A stretch of DNA of 64,000 nt from Marsupella aquatica. Lineage: Eukaryota > Plantae > Marchantiophyta. The stretch covers positions 12,380,549 to 12,444,548 of the forward strand of contig OZ316896.1 in the NCBI GenBank assembly GCA_973895155.1. The letters are read 5' to 3'. The translations under genes and the position numbers were made by a program. The notes under the pieces are model-generated. The model was not told the origin of the DNA and ran no database searches. It was given only the letters and a program-made list of their open reading frames with translations. Below are positions 1 to 13,131 of the stretch, in pieces; within the stretch, counting starts at the first letter, position 1; each line of letters starts with the position of its first letter.

Positions 1-659
1 CACTACAACATTCCATAAGTGCAACCTCCATAAATGGAGTCCCTCAATTAGTGCAAGTCTTTTGGTACTTCTAAAAAACATGGGATTTGTAGGATTGCAG
101 CTTATTCATCCGTGCAATTGGGATTCACCAGACAGAAAAATGAATAATTGCAATCCTCTACAAGAGAAATATTGCACTTATGAATGATTGCAACATTACA
201 TGGTGAAGCTTTTTCAATTGCATACATCCATAACTAAAAATGGCTATCAACCCCTGTGTACACATTACAATTAGTCAGGTTTCTTGATAAACTTGAAAAG
301 GGATTCTCCTTCATGCTTGCTGATCCTGCGTAGCACAAGGTTGAACAAGCTGCCCGTTTCTGGGAAGGAAGCATGAAGAAGAGATGTGTGATACCCTAGC
401 AATGAAGGCTGCCCTGCCTATGATACATTTTTAGTTGGAGTTGAGTAAAGGTGCCCTCAAATTTTACATGTGAGACTCTCCAATTCAACTTCTCAACTTC
501 TTAACTTCCTCTCAAGATATCCCTCCACTTTGTTGCTTTGCAAATGTGCTAGTAGACAACACAAGAATCCATTGGACCCAAAGCATGAGGCGTTGGGAGG
601 GTTGGCTCAATATCCACAATCCTTCTACAATTTAGAAATTTTGCCATGAATTTCATTTA

Positions 660-1160
660 TGAGTAATTGTGATAGGTGCAACTTTTGACTAAAATGCACT
701 TATGGTATAGTGGAATACCTCTGTAAGTGCTCATCCAATGGTACTCCTGTGGAATTGCACTTAGGGAGGGATGACTGTGCGTCCAGTCAAGTACAAAAGG
801 GCAGTTGGCTTAAAATGCACAAAAAAACCTATACAATTCCAGGTGTTCCCTCAACTTCAGTTAATTGTGATAAGTGCAACTTTTGGAGGAGTGGAATACC
901 TCTACAAGTGCAACTCTCAAGGTACTCCTGTGGCATTGCACTTAGGGAGGGATGACAGTGCTTCAAAGACTTTCCTGGTCAGGCACAAAAGTGTAGTAGA
1001 CTCAAATTTCACAGAAAAACCTCTACAAATTCCAGTTATGGACAATTGTGATAAATGCAATTTTTTACTAGAACTGTACTTGTGGCGGAGTGGAATACCT
1101 CCATAAGTGCAACTCCAAAGGTACTCGTGGAATTGCACTTAAGGGACAGGTGACTGTGGT
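660..1160. repeat. Degenerate tandem repeat, about 3 units of ~190-200 bp, probably TE-subterminal
   Basis: The motif block 'aattgtgataagtgcaactttt...gtggaatacctct..aagtgc..ctc..ggtactc.tgtgg.attgcactta.ggga' recurs near 665, 863 and 1043. Confidence 0.75.
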
Positions 1161-1308
1161 GAAAGAGTATGGAAGGTACAGAAAGTGTAACTAGAGTGTG
1201 AATGATCTACATTTTTGGGTGAGGTGAATAACAAAAGCATTCACGGTTGCTAGCCAGATTTGAATCCACTTCCCAAAGAGCTCCTCTACCACTCATTGTA
1301 GGGGCAGC

Positions 1309-1416
1309 TGGTGTCCATACTGATTCATTCCAGGTAATTAACCCAATACTAACTTCATGAATTGGTGTCCATACTGATTCATTCCAGGTAATTAACCCAA
1401 TACTAACTTCATGAAT
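1309..1416. repeat. Perfect 54-bp tandem duplication
   Basis: tggtgtccatactgattcattccaggtaattaacccaatactaacttcatgaat occurs twice. Confidence 0.9.
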
Positions 1417-1568
1417 ACTGGCACCGGGCAGCCAGGTAGAGGACTAATCAATGTTAATTTCATTAATTAGCCTCTTTGTCTCTAATTGTGTGTAAGGGGA
1501 TTAAACCTAGGACCTCTCAATCTTAGGCTAATCATTAACCTAAGCCAGTTAGTTAACTCTGCGTAAGT

Positions 1569-1584
1569 TAGGGTTTAGGGTTTA
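1569..1584. promoter_or_regulatory. Telo-box (plant telomere-type TAGGGTT x2) upstream of APC2
   Basis: tagggtttagggttta. Telo-boxes are established cis-elements near plant cell-cycle and translation genes. Confidence 0.5.
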
Positions 1585-1586
1585 AA

Positions 1587-1698
1587 GAGCATTATTGTTT
1601 TCGATTGCCCTTCCCCTTCGTTTTATCTTGAAGCTGCAACCTGAGCATTATTGTTTTCGATTGCCCTTCCCATTCGTTTTATCTTGAAGCTGCAACCT
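1587..1698. repeat. 56-bp tandem duplication in the APC2 leader region
   Basis: gagcattattgttttcgattgcccttccc.ttcgttttatcttgaagctgcaacct occurs twice with one mismatch. Confidence 0.9.
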
Positions 1699-1734
1699 GC
1701 ACGGTGTTTTACGTTAAATCTGGAGATGTTCATG

Positions 1735-2165
1735 GAAGAATTGAAATGTGACTGGACAAGCGTTTAAGGTTAGTGTTCTGCCCTTCGAATGCTTGCTGCT
1801 CCGCTCTAGTCCAATATGGTGCTGGAAATTTGAATGTGCGAACCATCTGTTCCTGACATTTTTCTTCTATGGAACAATTGATACTAAGACCGCTCATTTG
1901 ATAGGACTAGCGTTTAAGGTAAAGGGTTCTGCCTTCGAATGCTTGCTGCTCTGCTTGAGTTCAATGTTGTGCTGAAAATTTGGATGTGCGAAACTCCTGT
2001 CCTTGACATTTCACTTACATGGAATAATTGAATTACACCGCTCATTTGATAGGTCAAGCCTACGAATGCTTGCTGCTCTGCTCAAGTTCAATAAGGTGGT
2101 GAAAACTTGAGTTTGCGAAATTTCTGTCCCTGACATTTTTCTTGACGTGGTTCCGTTATGGACCC
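1735..2165. repeat. ~150-bp degenerate tandem repeat (about 3 units) upstream of the APC2 ATG
   Basis: 'ggac.agcgtttaaggt...cgaatgcttgctgctc...tgcgaa...ctgt.cctgacattt' recurs near 1754, 1904 and 2052. Confidence 0.8.
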
Positions 2166-2329
2166 AGGGGCCCCGTCATTCTGATCCACAGCAGGGAAGT
2201 GTCGACTCCGGGCGGGGGATATGATAGGGGCTACTTGTTCCGTTTTCGTTGGCCTATCTGTGCTGCCTCTCAAGGTTAGGTGCTGTGGGAGGATTATAGT
2301 GAGACGGGGAGATAGGTCGGAGTAAGTTA

Positions 2330-5300
2330 ATGGAGGTTTCTCCAAGCATGGAGCAGCACACCATGGACATTGCACGGATGCAGACAATTGCGCAGGCGTG
2401 GATCAAGTTCTCGGAGCTCTCCGTTTCGCTGCTGCACTCCCGGGGACTTACTGCTGGAGTTTGGTCAGAGGCTCAGAAGGCGGCATGGGCAAGCAGCGTG
2501 CATACGTTGGGAGATCAAGGGCTGTCGCATTTGGTTGCTGGACAGTTTCTTGATGCACTTGAGGTGAATTTTAATCTCAACTAATGACTCTCCTAGTGGC
2601 TTTTAATTCGAGTGCCGGTAGTAAGAGTAATTGTGGAATGTAGGCCTTACCGCAATTTCATAATCATTTTCTCACCGATGTGTTCAAATGGCTCTTGGCT
2701 GGTCAAGAATTGGAATTTTCCCACAACTGTTGGATATAAGTTTCGTCTGGGTTACATTATTGCTCTGCCAAGTGATTACGAGATTGGTCAAAATGAATGA
2801 AGGTATCGTTGTGATGTGGTTGATACAGAGAGAATTTAAGGAGCAGCACGTACCGTCATTCTGGCTGAAGTTTGAGGAGTTTCTGAAGCTGAAAAGTGAA
2901 GCCAAATACAGTCTGTCGGCTACTGCCAAGGCAAGCTGTTTTCATCTCTCTTCCTCGTTTTCTTCCCATTATATTTTTGCTTTTGAAATGTTACTTCTCC
3001 CCCATGGCTGATGGACTCCAACTGAATTGCTAAATGTCCTTATCTTATGCCCTGTTTTGCCACGGCATCCTGAATCTCTCATCTTAAACTGTTGACTGCT
3101 TACCGTGAGGGCAGTTCCATTGCAGGTCGTTGAATCTGATTATGAGATGTCTTTATTACAATTGTGGGCATATTGGCAAACGATTGCATCTTTGGTCGTT
3201 TATGACAGACCTCAATGTGAAGTGCAAAAGGGTGATTGGTGTTTTAGTGGGACCATGTCCCTGCGGCATGTGATGGGTGCTAGCAACAGCTACCGCTTTT
3301 GGGGCCACTTCTCCTCGTGGCTTACTATGTCAGAGGAATGATTGATCTCTGACCGTTGATGCAGCTCAATGACTGGGTTCGAGCAACACTACCCCGAGCA
3401 TTGGAAGAGATTTGTGCTGCCAAGTCATCACAGGAGGGGTGTCTGACTGTGCTGGCACAAGTCTTCAAATTTGATGCTCGAGGTTCGGGATTTGGAGAAG
3501 ACAAACGATCGACGGCAAGTCTGGGAGTCGGATTGTTTTCGCAGTATCAGACAAGTGTCAGCGCTTTGCTCTTGATGAGCGCCCCAAAATACTTTGCAGG
3601 TCAGAAACAGTTAAACTTCAAACAATTCAACTGTAGACTTGAATCATGGCAGCGAAATTGTTTTAAACTGTGGCAAATCACTGCAGTAAACTAATAGTCC
3701 TGTTTCGCATGACAGATGTGCTCAATTTGTACTTCAAGGCCCGTTTTGAGGAATGTAGCGCTCTAGTGAAGAAGCATAATGGCGGTGGCAGCTCTCGGCA
3801 GAGTGTTGAAAGTGACGAGGATGAGGAAGCAAGGGTGGAAGGTCCTGGTGATTGCAGTGGGGACGATATCGACATGGACAGCGCTCCAAGCAGTGGTAGG
3901 ACATCAATGCACATTGAAGACGTGGAGGGTAATGGAAGTCCTAACAAACACACGAATGGCGATGATGATGACTCTGCCCATCAGATGGAAGGTATTGACG
4001 GTCTAAGTTCAAGTGATACCAAGCCAGTGGTAGGTGCAGCGATAGACGAATTGGTGGACATAGCTGGAGAGCATTGGGTGAAGGAAGTCGGAAGTACTGT
4101 AAGACACCTCAGAGAGCTTGGCTATACATCTTTGAGTGAAGAGGCATATTCCTCTGCAATATACTCCGTGTTGAAGGTGTGTTTTTAACTTGGCAGTCTT
4201 TCCTCTTGCAGGCTTCTGACAAAGACTCTCATTGTTGGAATGATGTTTTAAAGAAGGAAGTATCATCAGTAGAAAATTATTATTGCAATGCAATCGATGA
4301 GACAGAAACTCATTGACTTTCTAATTCCTTAGAATGTCGCAGCGTGTTGATTTTCTCATTAGGAAGAGTATCATCAGAGTGGGAATTTGTTTTTGGCTCT
4401 CACAGGGTCCGTTTGTTTGCACAGGTCAAAATACACTCTATAGCCAACAAACGCTATGAGAAGCCGGTCCTGCTCCCGGTTCAACGCTGGATTGAGGTGA
4501 CATTCAGTCTTCCAAAATTCCTATCAATCATCTCCAGTAAGCTGTAGCGTTGATGGACTTTCGTGTGTCCAGAGTGCGGATTCTGTCTCTCTTAACATGT
4601 TGTTTGTATTATGCTCGATGCAGGCTGTTCCTCTGCGATTTCTGTGTGTAATTCTTGCCTCTTCTAGCTTTCCGTTGGCTGCACTGGTCGCATCCTCTGC
4701 CTCTACAATATCTCTCGGTACGGATAATATACTGGACGAGGTTCTAATCAGATGGCGGTCACGGCTTCAGTCTTTTGCATATGAGACGCTGGGAGACTTG
4801 AGGGTTAGTGAACTATTTGACATAATAGTGGATTTTCCTGAAAGGTGATTAGCAGATCCATTGAGTGCTTTACTACAGACAGTTGGTTAACCATGGGTGG
4901 ATTCTGAGATATAGTTCGGTCATGTGGATGATACACTGTTGATGTAGCTCTTGTTGACATCATACGTACTCAGGGCTAAGAGAAACTGGACAAGCTTCAG
5001 GAAGAGCTCCTTCCACCCGTAGATGCCAACAAGCATGTCTGTCTTGTCTCGAATGATTGCATCACAGGATTTTTCTCCAGTATCTGCGTGATTGAATCTT
5101 GAGTGCGTTTGAAATGAGCAGCCTGGCAGCAGTGGAGGACTTAAAGCAGTGTTTAGCAAATACAGGTGATCATGCAAAGTTAGTCGAGTCTTTCCGAGAT
5201 GCTTTGCAACAGCGACTTCTCACTGCTGGTGCAGCCACCACCGACATTCTCCTCCAGTACATATCTACTATAAAAGCACTGCGCACATTGGATCCGACTG

Positions 5301-8300
5301 GTGTTGTGCTGGAGGCAGTTGGGGAACCCATCAAAGAGTATCTGAGGGGTCGGAAGGATACAATACGTTGTATTGTGACGATGCTGACGGATGACACTGG
5401 TGCTGGGGGATCTGGGGCTCTGGGGAGCGTTGGAGAAAGTTTGCTAGAAGAATTGAGCAGAGGATCTTCTACCCTTGAGAATGTTGACAGTGAAGACGAT
5501 GGAGATGTAGATGGTGATGAAGCCTGGGCTGCAGCTGAACGGTGAGCCGGTTTCCCTGCCAGCCTGTTATTCTGCTTACCAAAAAAGGAACAGTGTTCAA
5601 AATTTGTATTTCACCAAATCACTTTGCTGGTCCCTAGTGTGACTGAATAAGAAATGAATTAGTATCATGTGTGGTTGCATTTATAAAGCAGAACCTCAAT
5701 AAAATTAAGCTGTCTCTTGTAAGGTCTATTTTGTGTTTGTTTTACCATTAGGAATAAACTGGGAGAGTCTGATGGGAAATATCATCCTCTTTTGCAACTG
5801 GAGTGCAGCTGGGAGCCTGATCCTGTGGATGCTGATCCTTCCCGCACGAGCAAGAGTCGGAGATTGATGGATGTGATTGGTATGCTTGTTGGCATCTACG
5901 GGTCTAAAGAGCTCTTTGTTAATGAGTACCGCCTCATGCTGGCGGATAAATTGCTCACTAAATCTGATTACGACACGGACCGGAACATCCGGACTCTTGA
6001 GCTTCTAAAGGTATCCCTTTGTTGGACTTATGTATTTCTCGGAAGCCTGTCTATCCTTCATGGTATGTTCCGTGTCGTCGGGCTTTGTCCCAGTCCTTGC
6101 CCTACCAGTGGTTTCCAATCTGCTGAGCCTGTGGTCTTCATGTCCTCAGCTGCGATTTGGAGAAAACAATATGCATGGTTGTGAAATCATGCTGAAGGAT
6201 GTAGCTGATTCAAAGAGAATCAATTCAAACATCAAGGTGACCAAGGCAAACAATGAGCCTGCTCCTGGAACACCTCAAATGCACACACGCGCTTCTCGTT
6301 CCTTATCAAGCCAAGTTGGAACGTCAGGCGGAGCTGGAACCGGTGTAGAGAAGAATGACCAAGAGTTGTCCTTGGATGTCGTTGATGCCACTATTATTTC
6401 GGCTCTCTTCTGGCCTCCATTCCAGGTAAATAAATCTGAACCTCAGTTTCTGTTTCTGAAGAGACTACCCTGTCGACAATACATGTGGTTAACATGTTAT
6501 AGTTCTTGCGGATGAACAGTAATAGTCATATGCTGTAGCAATGGGCCAGGTGTCAGTTTGTCTGATGGCTTCATGCTCATTGCAGCCGGAGAATTTGAAG
6601 GTTCCGGACGTGGTTGATCGGATACTTGACGAGTATGCCCAAAAATACCATGCCATCAAGGCCCCACGAAAGTTGCAGTGGAGAAAGAACCTCGGCACGG
6701 TCAAGGTCTGTAGGACTGCCACCAGGTTCCAAATCATTTTGGCCAAATTCAGTACAAATCAATTTGCAAGAACACTGAAGCAAATTATGTTACCTGTTGC
6801 ACTTCTTAAGATCTTACCGATCATATATGATTCTTTGCATTCTTGGGATACAATGTAGCGTTCTTAAGATTGTTAGGATTGTGAACCTTATCAATTGTGG
6901 AGGCTAAGTCAGGACATCAGTTAAAAAGGGATCCTCTATTTTGTTTTTCGACCTCTGTGGTTGACGCTTGATTGTCATTTGCAGTTGGAGTTGCAATTTG
7001 AGGACCGGTCAACTCAGTTTGTTGTTACACCTCTGCATGCTTCAATCATAATGCAATTTGAAGGAAAGTCGAGGTATGTGGGTTGGTATCGAAATTATAG
7101 CCGCCAAGTTAATGTTTTACTTGTTCGTTAGGCACATGTTGTAGCCAGACGATATATCCGACTAAGTGCCACCATTCATCAGCGCAGTAACTCCCGTCCA
7201 TTTCCTTTCGCATTTTGGTAATGTTCTACATAATTTCTAATCCAGTTTTGTATTTGGGCTGTCACCTGCTGGAATGATTCAGTTGGGCAGCCTCAGATCT
7301 TGCAGCGGCTGTCGGTGTTCCAGTGTCAACATTGCGCCGTCGTGTTATGCATTGGGTAAATCAGGTAAACTGAAGTACACGAAATCGTGTTTATGATGTT
7401 GTCGTTGTGATGTGGCAGGGTGTGTAGGTCCTTGGTGTTACTTTGTGGCAATCAAAATACACCTGGTCGTGTTTCCATTACGATCAGGTGTCATGGCGGA
7501 CTAGCATTTCTAAGCCTGTCTTCATGTGGTGAAATCTAGGGTGTTCTTGTGGAGTCATCTGGAGTAAGGGATGGAGAATCTGAGTACACTATAGTTGAGA
7601 ACCTTGGTGATGGTGCGAATCGGAACTCGGGACCTACAGTAGCAGGAGATACAGCCCTGCCTCTTCTGGGAGACGAGGAAGGCGAAAGGGCAGTAGCATC
7701 AATGGAAGACCAATGGCAACAGGAAATGAACGTTTTTGAGGTACATCATTGTTCCGTTTTTCAGTGGTCTTGTCTTGGCAAATCATGATCTCTAAGGTGC
7801 CTACATAGGGTGTCTATCTACTGGAGAATATCATCGCCATTGATTCTGAAACGACCACACATGGTGACACAAGCGGGCAGTGTCCTTGTTCGTTCGTTTT
7901 TAGTGACAAGGATAGAAATGAAGGATGATGGACACCTTAAGGGCTGCTCAATTGCACATTTAACGCGAGAATCATGAATAAGCTGTATTGACGGTTTAAT
8001 CATTGGTGAAAGTTTCTTACAACGTCCTTGCTGTTACGCAGTCATACGTGGTGGGGATGTTAACGAATTTCGAGTCCCTGGCACTTGATCGGATACACAA
8101 TATGTTGAAAGTGAGTACTGCAGCAGCTCTAAATCTTATTTTTGAGATTCATTGCAGGGCTATTGCGGATATTGGTGTGATTCATGTATACTTTGTTCGA
8201 TCTAATTTGCAAATGTTCAATTATTGCAGATGTTTGTGTCAGATCCCCCTTATGACAAGACTCTTCCTCAACTACAAGGGTTTCTTGCACGGCTCGTCTC

Positions 8301-8352
8301 AGAAGAGAAGCTGGAGTTCCAGGATGGTTCTTATCGGCGAAAGCCATCATAG
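2330..8352 (+). CDS. APC2: Anaphase-promoting complex subunit 2 (cullin-like), 15 exons
   Basis: Exons 2330-2563, 2829-2930, 3365-3599, 3716-4176, 4425-4496, 4624-4844, 5119(or 5122)-5541, 5809-6010, 6150-6425, 6586-6705, 6985-7073, 7283-7364, 7540-7740, 8042-8110, 8230-8352. Phases are consistent. APC2 motifs: ELFDIIVDFPES, RLLTAGAATTDILLQYISTIKAL, YLRGRKDTIRCIV, WEPDPVDADP, IYGSKELFVNEYR, LRFGENNMHGCEIMLKD, and C-terminal GMLTNFESLALDRIHNMLKMF. Confidence 0.96.
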
Positions 8353-9009
8353 TTAGGATGCATAGTTTACCTGCTATGTTGTAGTTTAGCCATTTCAGTG
8401 CGTTCTTTTACAGAGTTGAGATTGAAGCAGCATGCAGTGCCCAGGGTTTCAGTGAATGATGCTAATGCACAAATAATCTGAAATTGTAGTCAGAGTTTAC
8501 CTTTGACTCTTCACACAAAGCTTTGTAGTTCCAGCTCACTTTCCTGTGACTCAATATGCTACGAGTCCTTCTCCTGCCGTCGATCTTTATTTGTGGCTTT
8601 CGTAGGAGACTTCTCTGCTCTGTGAATCAGTTTGATGACCCCTGCCCACAACTCTGTTTTAATGAAGCATATTTCAGCTGGTCCTAAAAATCTGTGTCTA
8701 CTCCTGCAAGATATACTTAAGTCCGACAATTTGCATCTACCATTCTCGCTTCCAGTTGCAACAATTAATGCGTTCGTTCAATTTTCTCATGATTCGAGCT
8801 CAGCCAAAATAATTGAGAGTTTTGGGCCACGATAGGAATAATCTGTTAATATTGCCTTGGAATTAAATAAGAGTTACGAGAGTTTGAACGGGAAATTGAA
8901 GGGAGGATGGACTTTCATGTTTGCCAAAATGCTCAGATAGACTTTGGTAACCAGGATGGACTGAGATGGAGCCCTTTTTTCTGCACATGTAGTACATATT
9001 ACACTGAGG

Positions 9010-9290
9010 AGTGAAATGTGGATAGATTCAATTTGAGGGAGATTCTATTACCAAAAGCTAAAAAGTTCCTGTGACCCAAAACCCAAAATATTAGATTCCA
9101 TTGCATATTGAGGGAGATGCTCAAAAGTTACAGTACCCAAAACCCAAAATATTAGATTCCATTGCATGTTGAGGGAGATCTCAAAAGTTACAGAAATATT
9201 AGATTCCATTGCATATTGAGGGAGATGCTCACAAGTTACAGTACCTGATTAGAAAATATCAGATTCCATTGCATATTGAGGGAGGACAGA
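9010..9290. repeat. Tandem repeat of ~45-60-bp units (4-5 copies)
   Basis: 'aaatattagattccattgcatattgagggagatgctcaaaagttacag' repeated with indels. Confidence 0.85.
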
Positions 9291-10699
9291 GTGAGGAGCG
9301 AAATTCATAACTCTTGCAATTCTTCATGAAACCTAGAGTAGGATGGTAGGAAGGTAGGACCATAAACAATTCTTTAGCCTATCCTATTCAGTTGGATATC
9401 AACGGATATATTGAAGGTCAAACTTTGCTGCTGAATGCTTTTTGGAAATGAGATGGATATCGTGGATGTCAATGAGTGAAGAGATATTAGAGTTCTCTGT
9501 GGGTGACTTGCCCTGCATTTCTTTAACAATGAGTTACCTTAAAAGTACCTGCTGAAACTCAAATTTAGTCAATTCAAAACTCAGCTGACTGATGTCCCAC
9601 AAAGATTGATCGGCAATGGTCACTCCCTTCCCACCATCCATGATTCTGCACTTCTACACTATTGTTGCTCTAGGGAGGAGTCACGGTCCTGCACTGCTTG
9701 GCCTTCGTGCCTTGCCTGGCTGCCCGTCATGATTTTACTGCTTTGATTGGTGTGCATGGCAATGGCCTCCCTCCAGGTTGTTGCTCTGTGCTTCCCCTTG
9801 CCCACACCTAAAGACAGCCTGACTTGGGCTTGTGCTCGTTTGCCCTGTAAAACAATCTATATAATGAACCCCCATGAGAACTAGAGGTGGGGTCTAGACT
9901 CTAGAGTAAAGTAGGGCCCCACCAAAACCTATGTGGATGGTACGAGGGATGGGATATAATGTATGTCAATATGATGATCATGCATGATGATTTTTGGCAT
10001 CAATTTTATTAATATTCAAAGAATGGGCATTCAGGCTTGATTGGTGTAATCTAGGTCTGCAGGCAAAAGTTAAGTCACCCTATGTATTTCCTAAACCTGG
10101 TGTGAACCTGTGAAGTCACCATAATTGATCATTTAAAGATAACTCTATTTCAAAGTCAAGTTCTGCTTTTGTAAATGTATCATGTCCATGGGTTATATGG
10201 TTCACTTGCTCCGTCCAAGCTAGCATCCTTTTCTTCCCACGGACACTGTCCAGAATTAAAAGAAGGGCAGTTTGAGAGAAAGAGAGAACTCACATCGTAA
10301 AGGAGTACCAATATATTTAGTGTAGTGGCTGATTAGGCAATGTATGTTGCTTTTTGAAAGCATTGTAGTAACTATGCTGCTTGTGGATGGCCTGCCCCAG
10401 CTACATGCCATAATTGAGTTCTTAGCTTTAAATTGCATTCCTCTGAGTTCTTAGCATTTGCATTGCTGCTACTCTTGCATTGTTGTGTTTGCAATTGCCT
10501 TGTTGATGTGTTTGCAATTGCCTTGCTGTCTGCATTGCAATTGCCTTGCTATCTGCATTGCATTTCTATTGCTGCTGCTGCTGCGTAGCTGTAGCGTTTG
10601 GGCTGCTGGTCAATTTATCCTCATCGTGTTGTATAGTCAATCGCTCCCTCTGAATTACATTTGAGCCCGGGTAGAAAGGAGAACTAGAACTGAATGTCC

Positions 10700-12240
10700 A
10701 TTGAATACAATGGCAGGCGCCCGGGCAGGCATAAAGCTCAGATTGAAAAGTAAATGTTCTTTGTAGTCACTGCCCAGTCAACACAAGTAGAACACAACTT
10801 ACATCCAAACTAGATGGCCACCAGTAAAATTTGCACCATATCTTGGAATCTGCCATGAGTCTACCATTCTTTCTTCCTTGTCACTCAGAACTCAATCATC
10901 CATAAAGAACAACACAAGTCGGGTTGCCTACTTCAGACTTAACTTTTGAAGCCCATTTTTCAGTGAATTCTATTTTCTTGCAACCTTGGACTTGCAGCGC
11001 TTCGATTTTACTCATAGCCCTTTGAGTACTATATACTCATTCTTAGACAATCTTATGTCAATCAAGTTCAGCATGAATGAGTGGCAGCAGATCCATCCCA
11101 ACAAATGGTTCCACATAATTATTAGAACACTCTCCTCTGAATGCCTGCCTAAGCCACTTGGTGAGGTTTGGAACCATCATAACCCAACAATTACTGGTTT
11201 TATATAATCTCTGTCCCCTACTGGTTGTATCCTTATGACTCAACCTCATATTAAGACCTGCCATTTGTTCCTTACTACTTGCAGGACTTTCATGTCATGA
11301 TGGACATTGGTAGTTCCAACCATGTGGTCGCCTATGATAGAAGTATCAAACCACTGCCCAATTCCCACTGCCCATGCTAGAACAAGGATGTGGTTGTTGC
11401 AATCAAATGTAGTGGCAAGTAAAATGATCATGGGGACTCTCCCTCCTGGAGGTAGGTGAGAGCCCAGGGAGAGGGTAGTTAATGAAATACCCCAAACCCT
11501 ATCATAAATGAGTTAGACGTAACATTTCACTTATGAAACTCACACCCTTATTTTACCCACAACTGACTTATGTGACTTCCAAATCTTACCCCAATGAGTA
11601 GCATCCATCCCCAAAAATGGCCTGACATACTGAAGGAGTTATGTGAGGATGCAGGTGATATATAAATATGTTGAAACCTACTATTTGGTTGGTAAGTGTA
11701 ATAGAAGACATGTGTGCCCGGATTAGTGAGTTTTAGCTTTGCCACAAAAGATGAGATCTTTTGGAAAAACATGGTCTGGTACGTCACCTCCTAACTTGTT
11801 CACAACATGTTGACGCTCTCTTGCAGCAGTCCATACATTGGTATCAACAGACTCTCTCTAAGTATACCCCAGATGTCCTTATTAGATGTATCTTGATTGA
11901 CTCTAATGGTAGACTCCAACTTGTACTCAACCCACCTACTTTTCTGAGCTCCATGCCAGAACAAGTGAATGGCTTGGCACAAGTGTGGATAAGATGACTC
12001 CTCTAGACACTAACTCTACCTGACTCTTTCAAATGCTTCACATACAACTCAACTTTGCAAGAGTCAGGGTTGTTTTTATCATAGCCATGACACTTGGTGA
12101 TGAGCCTGTCAGTGTTTCTCGCAAACTCTCTTAAATCTCCATCCTGTCCTAGCCTCATAATCATCTAGAACTCTGTCTAAGCCACTCCAAGTCAAGTATT
12201 GTTTTCCCTTCAGCAAACTTGACCCAAATAGTGTGGGTTC
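10700..12240 (-). mobile_element. Decayed Mutator-like (MULE/MuDR) transposase; the element may extend to ~9300
   Basis: Minus-strand fragments WVEYKLESTIRVNQDTSNKDI, SFVAKLKLTNPGTHV...FQHIYISP and FLGMDATHW|GGRVPMIILLATTFDCNNHILVLAWA match the MULE DDE region (xDGTH...LLxAxxxDxNNxxxPLAxA). Multiple stops and frameshifts. Confidence 0.8.
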
Positions 12241-13131
12241 ATGACCATTGACAAACCTACAAAAGTTGAGATTGTGTTGTCAAATACAGACTACCAAAGG
12301 TCCAATAACCATCCACTTACTTGACATCCCCCCCAAAAAAAAACAAAAAAAACAAACAAAAACAAAGTATGAGCATAATATATGGGATGAAGGTGAACAG
12401 GCTGAATCTCCTCCACCAACTCTCTCACATCAATCACTGGGTCCTTACGCGGAAAATCTGCAAGGCCAAGCCCTCAAATTCATCAGATAATACAAGGGGC
12501 CAAATTCTATCATGATGTGCATTCAGGGATTTTCATTGACATGAGTGATGGGAGGAGGCAATCAACTTTGGACTCATATTCAAGGTCTTTGGAGTTAAAA
12601 GAATTTAATTCAACAGTTTCCACCAAGATTGTTTGTGGGGGTCCATGGAGTCCATATTCCCCAAGTAAGCATTACGGACAAAGAGCTAATGAATTAGAAA
12701 AACATGACAACAGTGCAAGGAATGACATCCAGATTAACCAAACTCAAAGATATTGGTTAAGTCCTTTCACTTGGGATGGGGTGTAAAAGGCCCTACTGGT
12801 TAATTACACATCAAAATGTGATATACTATGTGCAGTCAATTAAAGAAAATAAAGAGATTTGATTTAGTGATATCTACAGAGCATATGTCATATTTTGATG
12901 TGCCTATAAAAAGGTTACGGCCAGCCTTGCCATCCATTACCATACGTTTTACCTGGGGTTGGGTTGAAAAAAGGTTACTCTCCTTATGGCGGTCCATGGG
13001 AGGAGCCCGGGACAACGTGCCGGGCCATCCGGGCTTTTAAGTTCCAAGACCGGTGGAAACAAGAGAGCCGTCAAGGATTTAAAAATGCGAACTCACAGTT
13101 GGAGCACTTCGCGATTGCGCGTTGAAGACTT

